Below are positions 1 to 14,725 of a stretch of DNA of 64,000 nucleotides, piece by piece. Positions within the stretch are counted from its first letter, which is position 1; each line of letters opens with the position of its first letter. A program made the translations under genes and the position numbers. The DNA comes from Ophelia neglecta (lineage: Eukaryota): assembly GCA_965285935.1 (NCBI GenBank), contig OZ260661.1, positions 27,962,001-28,026,000 on the forward strand, given 5' to 3'. The notes beneath the pieces are model-generated. The model was not told the DNA's origin, did not search any database, and saw only the letters and a list, made by a program, of their open reading frames with translations.

Positions 1-850
1 CGGCTGGTGAACTTCTGAATCAGCGAGTAATGATACTTGTTAAGGAATTATAGTCCTGAAGAAGTGAGCGATGATAGGGGAACGCCGGTGCGACGATGGA
101 CGGGCGCCGATGCGTGCAGAGGAAACACTAAGGAAAGTCGAATGGTGAAAGATAGATGCGACGGGCAAATCAATTTGAGCTCAAGGACTATATGGTTAGC
201 AAACAGGATTGTCAGCTCCTTCAACTAGGTGGGGCAAACTTGAATGGTAAACTACACCTCTAGTGCAAACTAAGTGCACCACAGCTTTCTAGCTGCATGT
301 GTAAATGGATGTTAAGTCATTAAGTGAACTGATGCTGAATTTATTATGAGAGGGGCTTGGTTTGACAGTTTGGGCTCGTTATCCAGCTGTCGTCTGCGAC
401 TTGCCGCCAAAAAAGGCATCATTCCTTTGGTGCAGGAAGTGAATTTGAATTTTTTAAGTGACTTTAGGGAATGCAATGGTCTTAACGCATGGCAGTGGTA
501 TAAAAATCACACGGCGGCTTTAGATTATGTTCATTGAACACAATCATCTGCGGGAGTATTCATCATAACCCACAGCTCGCTAGTTAGTTTACCTGATTGA
601 CTGGAATATTCTATTGAAATTATTCAAGTCAAAACAATTTTCCAAAGTGATTGATTATCTGAGCAAAGATTATGTTTTCAGTCGTGTATTTGTGCCTGTG
701 GGCAAGATAACTCCAAAACTACAATTTGATCAAATTAGTTGGGGAATGTAGCTTAGGATTGCCCTCTGCATGATTGAATTTTGGGTGACCTACTTTCTTT
801 ATGCAGTTCAAGGTCGGATTTTCAAATGTGCATGCTATCTAACGATAGGT

Positions 851-920
851 AACTCTCGGTCCAGTGGTAACAATCTCGTCTGTCATGCCAGAGGTCTGGG
901 GTTCAATCCCGCAGGTTTTT
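851..920 (+). repeat. tRNA(Asp)-like sequence / tRNA-derived SINE head (second copy ~5046-5115)
   Basis: A-box-like CCAGTGG, CTGTCA anticodon-like loop, B-box GGTTCAATCCC, followed by a T-run; poor stem pairing argues against a functional tRNA. Confidence 0.5.
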
Positions 921-2106
921 GAAAAAGAATCAAATGTTCAGTTGCTAATGGTCCGATTGCAAAAGGAAATTAACTAGATAATAGCCAGTAACTTTATTGA
1001 TTAGTAAAAGAAATAAGGTGCTTGAATAAAGATAAACGTATCCGAATGGAAACACATTTCATATTTTTAATAATTGTGAGAAAACACTTTAAAGAAGATT
1101 GGCAGCGTGGATAGCAAAAATAATCATCATTATGTTTTATTACCTTGTTATTTGGAACCCTGGTTTTGGTAGATGGTGATTATATAAATTCTAAAATTTT
1201 TCTCTTATAATCCATTACTTTGCCTGTCCCATAACAACAAACCTAAGGCTAATTTTCTGTTTAGAGAGCACATTTGATACATCTCGCGTGTCAAAGGAAT
1301 GAAAGAATCAGCTTCATTCAAACGTAGGTTGAAACGAGGTCGCTTTTTCAAAACGTTGATTTCTAAACTGGTCCTGCGCTCGTAGATTGGCTTACCGACA
1401 ATAGCTTGGTTGAAAATCAGTTAACTTGCGAACGATTCCATTGTTTGTCTTATAAACCGGTGAGACTTGATGCCAAATGCCAGTTCCATTGAAACGCTAT
1501 CGCAGCGGTGCGTTCCGATCAAGGTAATCTGTGCCTTTCTCCGGCGATTTCCCGGTTCTTGATTATAATGCCCCCAGGTTCTCCTGATATGATCAACTGA
1601 TTCAGATCTTCAGTTACAAGAAATGACTTTCTCAAACTGTAAAGCATTAGCTTTGGCGTGATTGTCATAGTGTTCTCCAAAGAACTAAGGGAGATTATGA
1701 TCGACTGGAATCTATTCGGCTTTCGCTTCATTACAATGAAAAATAGTTACTGCTTCACTCAAAACTGTCGTCTGCAAAACTCGGCTCGCAATTTCCCTAA
1801 TTGTCCTGTTCTATCTCAGATATAACTACAGCTATGTAAGGGGCCGGGGCAAGCCCGGGGCCATTGTCACAAGATGCCAACTATTTCTGTGACATTTATC
1901 TTTTACGCCGGTTTCCGGCGCGCTGCCTCATTGGCTCAAGGTGGGAGTTTCAGACTTGAAGGTCGTGGTATACGCGTATGTAGTCACGGACACCAATCTC
2001 CTCATATTAAAAAAAAAAGGAATTCGATCGGCCGCCCTTTCGCCAAGAGTGTCAAAAGGAAGGATACAAGATAGGCGGACATAGAATTAGCTAGAAAACA
2101 TTATAA

Positions 2107-2109
<3 letters not shown>

Positions 2110-2177
<68 letters not shown>

Positions 2178-2190
2178 GGGGGGGGGGGGA
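2110..2190 (+). repeat. (GA)n microsatellite plus poly-G (duplicated at ~6305-6387)
   Basis: Seen directly. Confidence 0.95.
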
Positions 2191-3254
2191 AAGAGGGAAT
2201 ATGCAATTTTTGTCAAGACCTATAGCAACCGCCGTTTGGGCCCCCATTCCGCATTCTGGCCAATCTGTTCGACCTCTAATTGCATGCTTTCCAGATTCTT
2301 GCTACTCTGAAATGCCGCCTAATCACACCCACCCCCACTCCCCGCCCGAAGAACCCATGGAACCACAAACACATTAATGACTATATACCATAATGCACAG
2401 GAACGAATTTTGAACGAGATTAATTCTGGCGATGATTTAATTTTAGGTTTAATCTTATTACATTCACTTTAAAACTGGGCAAGAACAATGGTATTTATAT
2501 ACCTCACAAAGTGGCCATACATATATTATTATTATATATATATATATATATATATACCCAAAAAGGATGATGCAATTAGCAAAAGGTCATCCTAGGTATA
2601 TACTGTAGAATAACTGTACTAAAAGCACTGTTGTTTAGAGGGCAATGCGGCATTTGGTACTACCGCCAGATCAAGGTCAATGCTGCATTTGGTTTTACAT
2701 GTACCGCCGGACGAGATTCAGATAGCAGGGCTCTACCGCACTCTCTGAATTGAGAGCTTATGCGATACACACCTAAAATGGAACATTTGAAAACTAGATA
2801 GTAGTGGATGTGGATCGATGTGGTCGAGCGACGCCTAGCGGTGTCGCCTGGATGCTTCCGCCAAGATGTTTATTAGCGGATGAAAGATTGGTCAGAAGCA
2901 CATGTAGCGCTGAAAAGGCGACAAAAGTGAAAGTGATGGATACAGTATGGTATAATTATGTAGAACATTTTAAAAGGCATAAAATGTGAATGTAGCAAAG
3001 GAGATGGTTAATGGAAGGTGTGATGCATTGCCATGATCGCAATTGTGTTCTGCTAAGAGTAGAATAAGTTGGCACGGCCGGTCTGGCGATCATAAAAAAT
3101 AAACCCAAGGTAAAATTCAAGGACACCACTGCATTCCTTGTGTATGATTTCCTATAAGTGTTTGAAACAATTTATATGCCTATCTCTGTTGAGATTTGAC
3201 CTTTGTGTCTGACCACCAACCCCAGGAGGCTATGGGTGATTATTCCCTCGTTGC

Positions 3255-3602
3255 CTGGAGGTTCCTCGCCTGTACGGAGACTCTTCGCCAGTACAAAGGC
3301 CTCACGCCTGTTCGGAGGTTCCTCACCTCTGCGGAGGTTCGTCGCCTGCCCGGAAGTTCCTCATTTCTACGGGGGATCCTCGTCTGTACGGAGGTGTCTC
3401 TCCTAAACGGAGGTTCCTCACCTGTACCGAGACTCCTTGCTTGTACGGAGGTTCCTCACCTGTACAGAGATACCTCACCTGGACTGAGGTTTCCCACCTG
3501 TACGGACGTTCCCCGCTTGTACCGAGGCTCCCCGCTTGTACCGAGGCTCCTCGCCTGCAGTAATGATCCTCGCCTGTACGGAGGCTCCTCGCCTGGACGG
3601 AG
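3255..3602 (+). repeat. ~19-20-bp minisatellite (consensus GGAGGTTCCTCGCCTGTAC)
   Basis: Degenerate tandem copies; explains the overlapping repetitive ORFs at 3196-3627. Confidence 0.9.
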
Positions 3603-6304
3603 ACACTCTTATACTGACACATTATGATTGCGAATCAAGTCCTGACTACTAGTATTTAGTTTTAATTGCGAAAAGCAATATCATATTTAAGCTTATTAGG
3701 CCACGCAAATGAAGATTTTATCAACCATGGAACAAAAGTTATTAAACTTACCGGGTGTTAGTGAAAAACCCTGACAGCAATGGATTTCGCATTGAAGAGC
3801 ATGGACGAGTACCGTGAATTCTCGCTAATGAACCCATAATCTCGTTGTGACGACAATACACACAGCAATGATGACTCAGTCGATTATAAGTGACTGGAGT
3901 TATAAATATTCAATTACATAATCCTGTCGTATTCAGTCCAATAAATCGCTCCTAGTTAATAATCCTTCAGATAATTAACACCTCCGATGCACCTAGACGA
4001 CGATAGTCGACTGATAAGGAGGAGAGCCCTTGTTGTTTACGGAAGTGAGTGAAAACCCGGTGAACAATCTCTCTCGTCAATAATGTCAGGCACGATGCAG
4101 GAAGATTCCCCTTGATGTCAAAATAGCCAAGAAGCAACGACGATCCAAATGGAAAACGGTCTATTATGGCGATAAGGGATAAATGCAAGCATCTACCGGC
4201 TGGTGAACTTCTGAATCAGCGAGTAATGATACCTGTTAAGGAATTATAGTCCTGAAGAAGTGAGCGATGATAGGGGAACGCCGGTGCGACGATGGACGGG
4301 CGCCGATGCGTGCAGAGGAAACACTAAGGAAAGTCGAATGGAGAAAGATAGATGCGATGGGCAAATCAATTTGAGCTCAAGGACTATATGGTTAGCAAAC
4401 AGGATTGTCAGCTCCTTCAACTAGGTGGGGCAAACTTGAATGGTAAACTAACACCTCTAGTGCAAACTAAGTGCAACACAGCTTTCTAGCTGCATGTATA
4501 AATGGATGTGAAGTCATTAAGTGAACTGAGGCTGAATTTCTTATGAGAGGGGCTTGGTTCCACAGTTTGAGCTCGTAATTCAGTTGTCGTCTGCGACTTG
4601 CCGCCAAAAAAGGCATCATTCCTTTGGTGCAGGAAGTGAATTTGAATGCTTTGTGTAAGTGACTTTAGGTAATGCAATGGTCTTAACGCATGGCAGTGGT
4701 ATAAAAATCACACGACGATTTAGATTATGTTCATTGAACACAATCATCTGCGGGAGTATTCATCATAACCCACAGCTCGCTAGTTAGTTTACCTGATTGA
4801 CTGGAATATTCTATTGAAATTATTCAAGTTAAAACAATTTTCCAAATTGATTGATTATCTGAACAAAGATTATGTTTTCAGTCGTGTATTTGTGCCTGTA
4901 GGCAAGATAACTCCAAAACTACAATCTGATCAAATTTTCGGGAATGTAGCTTAGGATTAGTCCTCTACATGATTGAATATTGGGTGACCTACTTTCTTTA
5001 TGCAGTTCAAGGTCGGATTTTCAAATGTGCATGCTATCGATAGGTAACTCTCGGTCCAGTGGTAACAGTCTCGTCTGTCATGCCAGAGGTCTGGGGTTCA
5101 ATCCCGCAGGTTTTTGAAAAAGAATCAAATGTTCAGTTGCTAATGGTCCGATTGCAAAAGGAAATTAACTAGATAATAGCCAGTAACTTTATTGATTAGT
5201 AAAAGAAATAAGGTGCTTGAATAAAGATAAACGTATCCGAATGGAAACACATTTCATATTTTTAATAATTGTGAGAAAACACTTTAAAGAAGATTGGCAG
5301 CGTGGATAGCAAAAATAATCATCATTATGTTTTATTACCTTGTTATTTGGAACCCTGGTTTTGGTAGATGGTGATTATATAAATTCTAAAATTTTTCTCT
5401 TATAATCCATTACTTTGCCTGTCCCATAACAACAAACCTAAGGCTAATTTTCTGTTTAGAGAGCACATTTGATACATCTCGCGTGTCAAAGGAATGAAAG
5501 AATCAGCTTCATTCAAACGTAGGTTGAAACGAGGTCGCTTTTTCAAAACGTTGATTTCTAAACTGGTCCTGCGCTCGTAGATTGGCTTACCGACAATAGC
5601 TTGGTTGAAAATCAGTTAACTTGCGAACGATTCCATTGTTTGTCTTATAAACCGGTGAGACTTGATGCCAAATGCCAGTTCCATTGAAACGCTATCGCAG
5701 CGGTGCGTTCCGATCAAGGTAATCTGTGCCTTTCTCCGGCGATTTCCCGGTTCTTGATTATAATGCCCCCAGGTTCTCCTGATATGATCAACTGATTCAG
5801 ATCTTCAGTTACAAGAAATGACTTTCTCAAACTGTAAAGCATTAGCTTTGGCGTGATTGTCATAGTGTTCTCCAAAGAACTAAGGGAGATTATGATCGAC
5901 TGGAATCTATTCGGCTTTCGCTTCATTACAATGAAAAATAGTTACTGCTTCACTCAAAACTGTCGTCTGCAAAACTCGGCTCGCAATTTCCCTAATTGTC
6001 CTGTTCTATCTCAGATATAACTACAGCTATGTAAGGGGCCGGGGCAAGCCCGGGGCCATTGTCACAAGATGCCAACTATTTCTGTGACATTTATCTTTTA
6101 CGCCGGTTTCCGGCGCGCTGCCTCATTGGCTCAAGGTGGGAGTTTCAGACTTGAAGGTCGTGGTATACGCGTATGTAGTCACGGACACCAATCTCCTCAT
6201 ATTAAAAAAAAAAGGAATTCGATCGGCCGCCCTTTCGCCAAGAGTGTCAAAAGGAAGGATACAAGATAGGCGGACATAGAATTAGCTAGAAAACATTATA
6301 ATTA

Positions 6305-6374
<70 letters not shown>

Positions 6375-7259
6375 GGGGGGGGGGGGGAAGAGGGAATATG
6401 CAATTTTTGTCAAGACCTATAGCAACCGCCGTTTGGGCCCCCATTCCGCATTCTGGCCAATCTGTTCGACCTCTAATTGCATGCTTTCCAGATTCTTGCT
6501 ACTCTGAAATGCCGCCTAATCACACCCACCCCCACTCCCCGCCCGAAGAACCCATGGAACCACAAACACATTAATGACTATATACCATAATGCACAGGAA
6601 CGAATTTTGAACGAGATTAATTCTGGCGATGATTTAATTTTAGGTTTAATCTTATTACATTCACTTTAAAACTGGGCAAGAACAATGGTATTTATATACC
6701 TCACAAAGTGGCCATACATATATTATTATTATATATATATATATATATATACCCAAAAAGGATGATGCAATTAGCAAAAGGTCATCCTAGGTATATACTG
6801 TAGAATAACTGTACTAAAAGCACTGTTGTTTAGAGGGCAATGCGGCATTTGGTACTACCGCCAGATCAAGGTCAATGCTGCATTTGGTTTTACATGTACC
6901 GCCGGACGAGATTCAGATAGCAGGGCTCTACCGCACTCTCTGAATTGAGAGCTTATGCGATACACACCTAAAATGGAACATTTGAAAACTAGATAGTAGT
7001 GGATGTGGATCGATGTGGTCGAGCGACGCCTAGCGGTGTCGCCTGGATGCTTCCGCCAAGATGTTTATTAGCGGATGAAAGATTGGTCAGAAGCACATGT
7101 AGCGCTGAAAAGGCGACAAAAGTGAAAGTGATGGATACAGTATGGTATAATTATGTAGAACATTTTAAAAGGCATAAAATGTGAATGTAGCAAAGGAGAT
7201 GGTTAATGGAAGGTGTGATGCATTGCCATGATCGCAATTGTGTTCTGCTAAGAGTAGAA

Positions 7260-8903
7260 TAAGTTGGCACGGCCGGTCTGGCGATCATAAAAAATAAACC
7301 CAAGGTAAAATTCAAGGACACCACTGCATTCCTTGTGTATGATTTCCTATAAGTGTTTGAAACAATTTATATGCCTATCTCTGTTGAGATTTGACCTTGA
7401 ATAATAAACCCAAGGTGAAATTCAAGGACACCACTGGATTCAATGTATATGATTTCCTATTCGTTTTCAATAGATATTATGTGCCTATCTCACACCGTTA
7501 AGCTTCGACAAGATGCCATGGTAATGCATTTTTGAATTACTCCCATCGGCGGCCATCTTGTTTTTCCGATCTAACCCAAAACCTTTTCAGCACACCGCAA
7601 TGCCCCTTCGATGACCCCCATGAAGTTTCGGAATAATAGTTTTTAGTTTATTTGTTTATTGGAGTCATCACTGACTCATAACTGATACATTGACATTCGC
7701 ATCCATACAGTATAAAACACAATTACACAAACACTCTGCACACATTCGCTCGATTTCGATTTACATACATACAACGTTAAAAGAACACATACAAAGTTAA
7801 AAGAACACTTATGTTAAAGCGTTTTTTATAAAAGTGTTACAACTATTTTTTTTACAAAAAACAAGTTAAAAGAACACTTATGTTGTGGAGTTCTATTAAA
7901 AGTGTGTACAACTATTTATATACCTACAGCAAGTTAAAAGAACACCTATGCTGTACAGCTCCAATGAAAGTGTTACAACAATTTATAAACGTTCAGCTAG
8001 TTAAAAGAACACTTATGCTATTGAGTCTTAATAAAGTGCATACAATCTTACACAATATTCATACAATCAACGACACTTTCATTCTTTCACCACATGTTGA
8101 TTACATGGGCCAACTCTTTGCCTGCATCCGTTCGAGAGATTTCGTGACCCGTTAAGATTTGACCTTGAAATATAAACCCAAGGCGAAATTCAAGGACATC
8201 AATGGATTCCTTGTATATGATTTTTTATTAGAGTTCAATACATACTATGTGCCTATATCACACCGTTAAGCTTCCACAAGACCCCATGTTAATGCATGTT
8301 TAAAATATTGCCCTCGGCGTCCATCTTGTTTTATCGATCTCGGCCAAAACCTTCTTAGCTCACCTCAATGTCTCACTGATGACTTGCATGAAGTATTGGA
8401 ATAAACCCTGCATCCGTTCGCGCGACATACAAACCTTACCTGATGAATCGCGGCGGCCATCTTGTTTTCCCCATCGGTCCGAGAACAATATGAAGTCATC
8501 CTCTACTAGCCATAAAAAACTTCCAAGAAGCCACAAGATAACTCCTCGAAGCCCTGATGAGGTATAGCGGTTGAATGTCGGCACGGACGGTCGGCGACCA
8601 CGAATAACAAACCCAAGGTGAAATTCAAGGACACCACTGGATTCCTTGTGTATGATTTCCTATTAGTGTTCAAAACATTTTATATGCCTATCTCTCACCG
8701 TTAAGATTTGACCATGCAAAATAAACCCAAGGTGAATTTCAACGATACCACTGGATTCTTTCTATATGATTTCCTATTAGTGTTCAATACATATTATGCA
8801 CCTATCTGACAGCGTTAAGCTTTCAAAAGATCCCATGTTAATGCATTTCTAAATTATTGCTCTCGGCGGCCATCTTGACCCTTCGGGGCGGAGGCATAAA
8901 AAT
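7260..8903 (-). mobile_element. Non-autonomous Helentron/HINE-like repeat with internal repeated units (AAACCCAAGGTGAAATTCAAGGACACCACTGG...)
   Basis: The unit recurs at ~3100, 7297, 7407, 8175, 8609 and 8723; terminus GGCGGAGGCATAAAAA; a GTTAAAAGAACAC minisatellite is embedded at ~7777-8015. The class assignment is inference. Confidence 0.5.
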
Positions 8904-10438
8904 AGCACACTATTTGATTTCGGCACCTTGAACTAACATTGGCTTTTACGACATTAAAATAGCTACATTGGGGTACTTCTATAGAAGCAAAACACGGTAA
9001 ACAGGATATCATTGCCTGTTAAAACTCCGGTGGTCTCATTCACCCGGATGATCCCAATGGCACAATTATTATACACTTGCGGCTCTAGAGGGCGCGAGGA
9101 GGGGCAAGGAGGGCATAAGGCAATCAGTTTTTGACTTCAAGTTACCCTAGAGACCCCCTGGACATCCTCCGGGAGGAGACACCCAACAAACTAACACCTT
9201 TAAAACAAAATACCCAAATTTTAAAAACAACAAGATCCATCAGATTGAAAAACATTGTGGATAAATCAAGACCGTCCATCTCCATGATTGTAATGAAAAA
9301 CTCTTGTAGCAAAGACTGGTTTACGTTGCATATGACAGCAGTTCCTCTGTATAAATGGTCAAAAGTGCAGAGAAATGTGACTCAGTCGGCAAGAGAATTG
9401 GATCTGCTTCAAAGACCGACTAATAAATGACCCTTTATCGCCCACATGCAAGTTCCTTTTATCTCAGCTGTCAGTTGTGTCAATTCTACGACATTAGACC
9501 ACCGTAGACAGGTTTCATCATGGTCCAGACCGAAATGTTTTTATTGAAAACATGACACAGGATGAACGCTATTTGCAATAGCTTTAGCTTTGTGCAGTAA
9601 CTCACCAATGCACCTTATTTTCTCTTGAAATGGATCAGTGACAAGCCATCATATCTGATAATATTGATTTCTCTGCTAAAAGGCCTGGCAATCCACGGTA
9701 AATTCATGCAAGTTGTCCAACCTGAATGATAACAAACCTACCTATGTGAAATTGGTCTTATTATTTAAGTAAATTAGCCGTGCCCACATTGATTGGGCTG
9801 CCTATTCGTAAAAAAAAACATTGTTAAAAGAGCTCATTATATGTCAAATGATATGTGCACTCCTAAATACTTTTGCAATAGCTCTGCAAAGCAGCGTTAC
9901 AGAACGATGCATTGCAGAAGATATCCCTTTAAAAACGTTTTTCATATCATTGACTCGTCTTTACATGTGTATCCGATAAATTCCTTGCTAATCATATCGA
10001 GGGAGCGTGTAGGTGAATGCTTTCCTCGGGCGATGACCTTTGTCTGGTAACATCGTGCTAGGTACTGTTAAAACGGAAGTCTAATGGAAGACGTCCGTGA
10101 TGATAACAAAGAACACACGGTAAATATATAAATATAACCACCTCTATTTGAAACTAAAGCCTTTAGCCTGAGATTGCCGAGCAAAATGGCAGCTAAGAAT
10201 GCTATATACAGCCAGGAATAACAGCCACCGAGGTCACCGAACATATTTGCAAAGTCGGAAGTGATTCCGTTTTAGCGATTTTGTAATTTGCTTCCCGTAT
10301 GATATATGTGCATAGCCTCATTGGCGTAATTATAAATACACGCACATACGAAATTGACACAAAGGACGATCCATTTCGAAGTAGGAATTCCATATTAGAA
10401 ATAGAACATCATTTATGGAATGTGTATACCTGTATATA

Positions 10439-10616
10439 CAGTGGCCGTTGCGATGTATGGACACCTCTACATCCAAGCAATAGTGTCTTTACATAGCAGG
10501 TGTCCCTTCATCAGAGGGTCATTAACATAGGACAGATAGGATATGAGCATTGAAAAATGTCCTGTGGTCGGCGGGATTCCCTTCATCGTAGGGTCCCTTC
10601 ATCGCAGGGACCTCTG
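10439..10616. mobile_element. Tc1/mariner-type MITE (CAG...CTG ends, TA flanks)
   Basis: Imperfect TIR CAGTGGCCGTTGCGATG / CATCGCAGGGACCTCTG flanked by TA; related short copy at 58929-59014. Confidence 0.6.
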
Positions 10617-10999
10617 TATAGTTTGATTAATGCTAAACACTGTGTCACTGTAACTAAATTATAAAGATTCATTTATGGATAGAAGTAGAAAATATACATA
10701 CTTACAAAAACGTCAACTGAAGTCAGCAGGGTGTCCTCAGCAAATAGCGAGTTTATCATAAATATGCGACTTGTTTGTGCGTTCTAGGTCCTTTCCGCTG
10801 ACCTGCGAGTCTATACACACTGGTTTGGACCAAAGCGGTGCACTCATGCTGATAATATTCCCGAGTACAGGTCAAGAGTTTTACTAGCTGACTACTTGTA
10901 GCTATCCGTAATGGAATATATATGGTGCATTACCATTGTAGCTTATCATAATCTAAGCATTGTGATTGTGGCCTCTCAGAGTGGAGTGCCCGGTCGCCA

Positions 11000-11620
11000 C
11001 AAGTATGCTTAAATGCTCTTTATAAGGTCTCGGACACGGGGAAACAGTAGATAAACCGTGCTCTTCGGCCCAGTTCGACATTCCTCGGTTTAATGGATCA
11101 ACTTCCGAGATAAATTCGTGTGACATAACAATATGTTATCGGGTGTTTGTTGCCTTTCGACTCAAAAACACCAATAATCACCGATTGCCACAAAGCAGTT
11201 GACTTTAATGCCCCCTGTATGGCTTATTGAAACTGACGTGGTTCTGATTATTCCGAACGGCTGAACATACCCACTGATTTGGGGTGAAATAATAGCTGCT
11301 TCGGACACCAGATGTTTATGTACCTATGATAAGACGTTTTAAAGTTTCTAACCAAATCGAGATTAGTCACGTCTGTCACGGGAGAATAGCTCCATAAAAT
11401 GGTATCAAGGTTATAAAAGTCAGTTCACCGTACAGCTGATTTCTACTATGAATATGGCAAACAGACTCAAGGTCATTCATTAGACACTTCAACACGGTTC
11501 TGTATTTGTTCAGAAACAGCGATAATTTAGAAATTTTGATCACAAAACGCATAAGAATTAAGATAACTAGAGACAACTAATGGAGCTCTGAGGAACACCA
11601 CATCTCATGTTCGGCTTGAC
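11000..11620 (-). mobile_element. Highly decayed non-LTR retrotransposon RT fragment
   Basis: The minus strand reads GVPQSS (compare GVPQGS) and MNDL...LYGE (compare NDL...LYADD), with frameshifts. Confidence 0.4.
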
Positions 11621-13261
11621 TGAATAATGCACAGCTGGAACAACGAACTGATTTCGGTGGCACAAACGCCTGCGCTACGCCAATGGAGAGGGTCGCTCTT
11701 TAGATCACACTATTAAATTTAAGAGCCTCTATTGTGGTCGGCTGTCGATAGTTCTAATAAAGTCCAAGCACAGACAGCATGGTAGAGGGCAGTCTTTATT
11801 TTATCAGCAATAACATAAGAGGTAGATTGGCTGAATGCTGCTTTCCCCAGCGAAACTGGCCATGAAGTAGTTAAGATGTTTAGCAAAATGTATCTCATTA
11901 GTAACGTGTCGTTAAGAAAGTTCTTTTGAGCTTACAAACGAGCTCGTGGCCATTTTATTGTCAACTAAGAGTAAGGTAGTTATTAGAGCTAACTGTCACC
12001 TCATGTCTGTCGTCACCTTCTTTATGGTGTTGTTTTAACAAAAAGCATCTTTTAAGACCTACTTGTATAAGCTGCCTTGTACATGATCATTTACAAAACG
12101 GCTCTCTTGTCGTTACAAATATACTGAAGATCCTAGAGCTGAAAACGTAAAGATGATGACACTAGTTGTTGTCTACTGTCCTGGCTTCTATAATTCAGCC
12201 TTCCACAACCAAACTGAAAAAAAACAACCACCGAGAACATGCGATGCTGGTTAGGCGGAAGTACAGAAAGCCCGCCTTAAGCTAGTTTGAAAGTGAAGCC
12301 CAGGTATGAGACCTATTGAGGTAGCACACAGCTGGCTTTTATTTCTTATTTTTGGATAGACCGGGAGTGGTTACCCGACATTCTCGCGCTGAACTCAACC
12401 GAAGCTGAGAACCGCGTGGAAAAGTGTTAAATAAATTATGTTGGACATTTCATATTTGTATAAAATTTAAAGCAAAAAAAAAGCCGTGGTCTAATAGGTT
12501 GCAACATAAAGACAAATCTCATACAGAACAAGCAATAGTATAGAAATCTGTTATAGACCCATATTCCGCTCACGTCGTTTAACGTATAATGAATAATGGT
12601 CAAAGAGTCAAAGGGAACACTTCAGCAAATTCTTCAAGCTTCCATGCGATATCTTTTAGCTGCAGGCCAGCAAGTCTGGGACTATGTCTAAAAACAGACG
12701 ACATTTGCCTGACACTAACAGTCCCCAAAGCTAAAGAAGGAACTAAGTTGGTTCTTGAGTGTTATGATAGGGGAGTGGAATATGGAATGGTTCATTAGCT
12801 TCAAAAGTGACCTGCAGAGGAAACTTGGCCACAGAAGGTATGTCAGATAAACAGCAATCTATAATATGGATGTAAAAGTAATTGCTTTAAGTCTCATCTA
12901 GGCGGCGACGCGTGAATGAAAGTTCTAATCGAGGCCGACTTTTTGTGGTGTGGGTTTGCCAATAAAGATAACGCTTTCTAGGTTCATTAAAGAAACACCA
13001 CTATACAAGAAAAAAATTGAAGCTCACTTTTGTAACTTCATTAGAAAATCACAAACATTATGTTGAAAAGAAAAACCTTCATATATAGCGTACAGTGCCT
13101 GATTGTTTCATGGATTTGGTTTTTAAACGTCCTTATCAATGCGTGTTGACAAACGATATATTGATTGAATCGCAGAAGTGCAGCATAAATTTTCATCCAA
13201 TAACGGAAGGAATCCTTCTTTCTTTTGTCATTTAATCCAACAATAAGGTAGATTGAACAAA

Positions 13262-13686
13262 AAACAAACACGGCTACCTTGGGTCTGACTGTTAAAGTTC
13301 AGAGTGACATTGACCTTTTATCAATGGCCCTGATCAAACTACCTACCAAGTTTGACGACATTAAGTCAAAGCTTTTTATAGTTATTAATCGGAAAACGTG
13401 TTGCATTCAAAGTCACAGTAACGCTGAACATTTGACATCAAAATTAACATGGGTAATCGACTGGTCATGAACAAACTCCTGGCAGAGTGAGAAGATATTG
13501 TTACCTTGGTCATTGAAATGTTGACCAAAAAATTGACAGTGGTTATCTAGTCCTCATGACCTGAAAGTTGAAGCTCGAGCCCTTATCTAGTTATCGATAG
13601 GATAATGTTTGGTCTACCGACAGACCGACCAATCAACCGACATGGGTAAAGCAATATTCCCGGTCTTCCTTGAAGGGGAACACACA
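13262..13686 (-). mobile_element. Degenerate HINE/DINE-like interspersed repeat
   Basis: TGACCTT motifs, a GAC(A/C)GAC-like microsatellite and an AAAGCAATATTCCC...GAAGGGG end, as seen in such elements. Confidence 0.4.
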
Positions 13687-14725
13687 GATGATTTTTGTTT
13701 ATAATTTTTTTTAATAAGATTTAAGTTTTCACCTCCCAAGAAAAGAAATTAATTCTATTATAACTACCAAATCAAGAATTATGTAATTATGATTTTCTGG
13801 GTGAAAGTCGAAATGTAATGCTTTAAACTTCACTTGCACATCAATGTTCCACATAAAGCTAAACTATTTACTATAACACTTCTTTGCCGTCCGTGCCTCC
13901 AAATTGACCCCCCCCCCCACAACAAATGCCTGATTCGGAATAACAGAAGTTCATCAGGTTTTGACCAAGATAAGGTTCAACAATGAATAAATTATGACAA
14001 CATTTTTGTTTGTTTGTGATTTAATGTTCTTAGTATACATGAGTACTCGAGTATGTTTGGTGTCGTAATAATCGACAGAGCTTTCCAGCTACCATTTCAA
14101 AGGTAATTCACAAATGTTGTGTTTAGTATTTGTCAAACATTTGTTCATTATCATTATATTTTATTTAAAATGCCCTACTTATTAATTATCATTGCTTCTT
14201 GAAGCTGCCTTGTTTCAATTATTCAGCGTGTATAGTGTCATTATTCCTGAACACCGAAATTGTTTAAAACAAATAAATTTAAAATAATCAACAAGTGCAA
14301 CATTTAAAAAGGCGCAATTTAATACCTTGATTTAAGCAGTGAATGGGATGAAAGTAATGAAGTATAATCAGCGAAAATATCGCTGCCATACCTGCCGCCG
14401 AATACAATCGTGCTATTGATTGACTTCTAAAAGCGTTACATCATTTATCAGAAGTTAATAGAAACAAGTGCGAAAACACACTCTAAATACGTTTACAAAT
14501 ATAGTCAGTCATGTGCTACTTTGGCAAATAAATATTACTTTAATACCATTTCATTATCAATACAACTTAAGGATATGGAAACTTGCAGCATTTATAAATA
14601 AGCTGTTGGATAACACGGAATAAACACATCCAACCAGCTGACATATAATGCCTTCTTACCCTACCCGCATCGCGCTACCCCTTCATACCTGTTACGGTTT
14701 GGAGAGAATATAATTTGAATAAGGC

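Larger units (their letters stand above)
1..7398 (+). repeat. Tandem segmental duplication, period ~4196 bp (copy 1 from 1, copy 2 4197-7398, matching 1-3203)
   Basis: Direct repeat visible by eye; identical spurious ORFs recur at 1519/5714, 1874/6069 and 2804/6999. Confidence 0.95.

Noticed and set aside
851-920. Functional tRNA-Asp gene
   Set aside because: The acceptor and anticodon stems pair poorly; better explained as a SINE head or pseudogene (similar remnant near 22925-22990).
3196-3627. Overlapping 143/67/99-aa ORFs
   Set aside because: They are by-products of a ~20-bp minisatellite.
7290-8830. CRISPR-like repeat-spacer array
   Set aside because: Eukaryotic context, long degenerate units, irregular spacing and no cas genes; it is an interspersed repeat.
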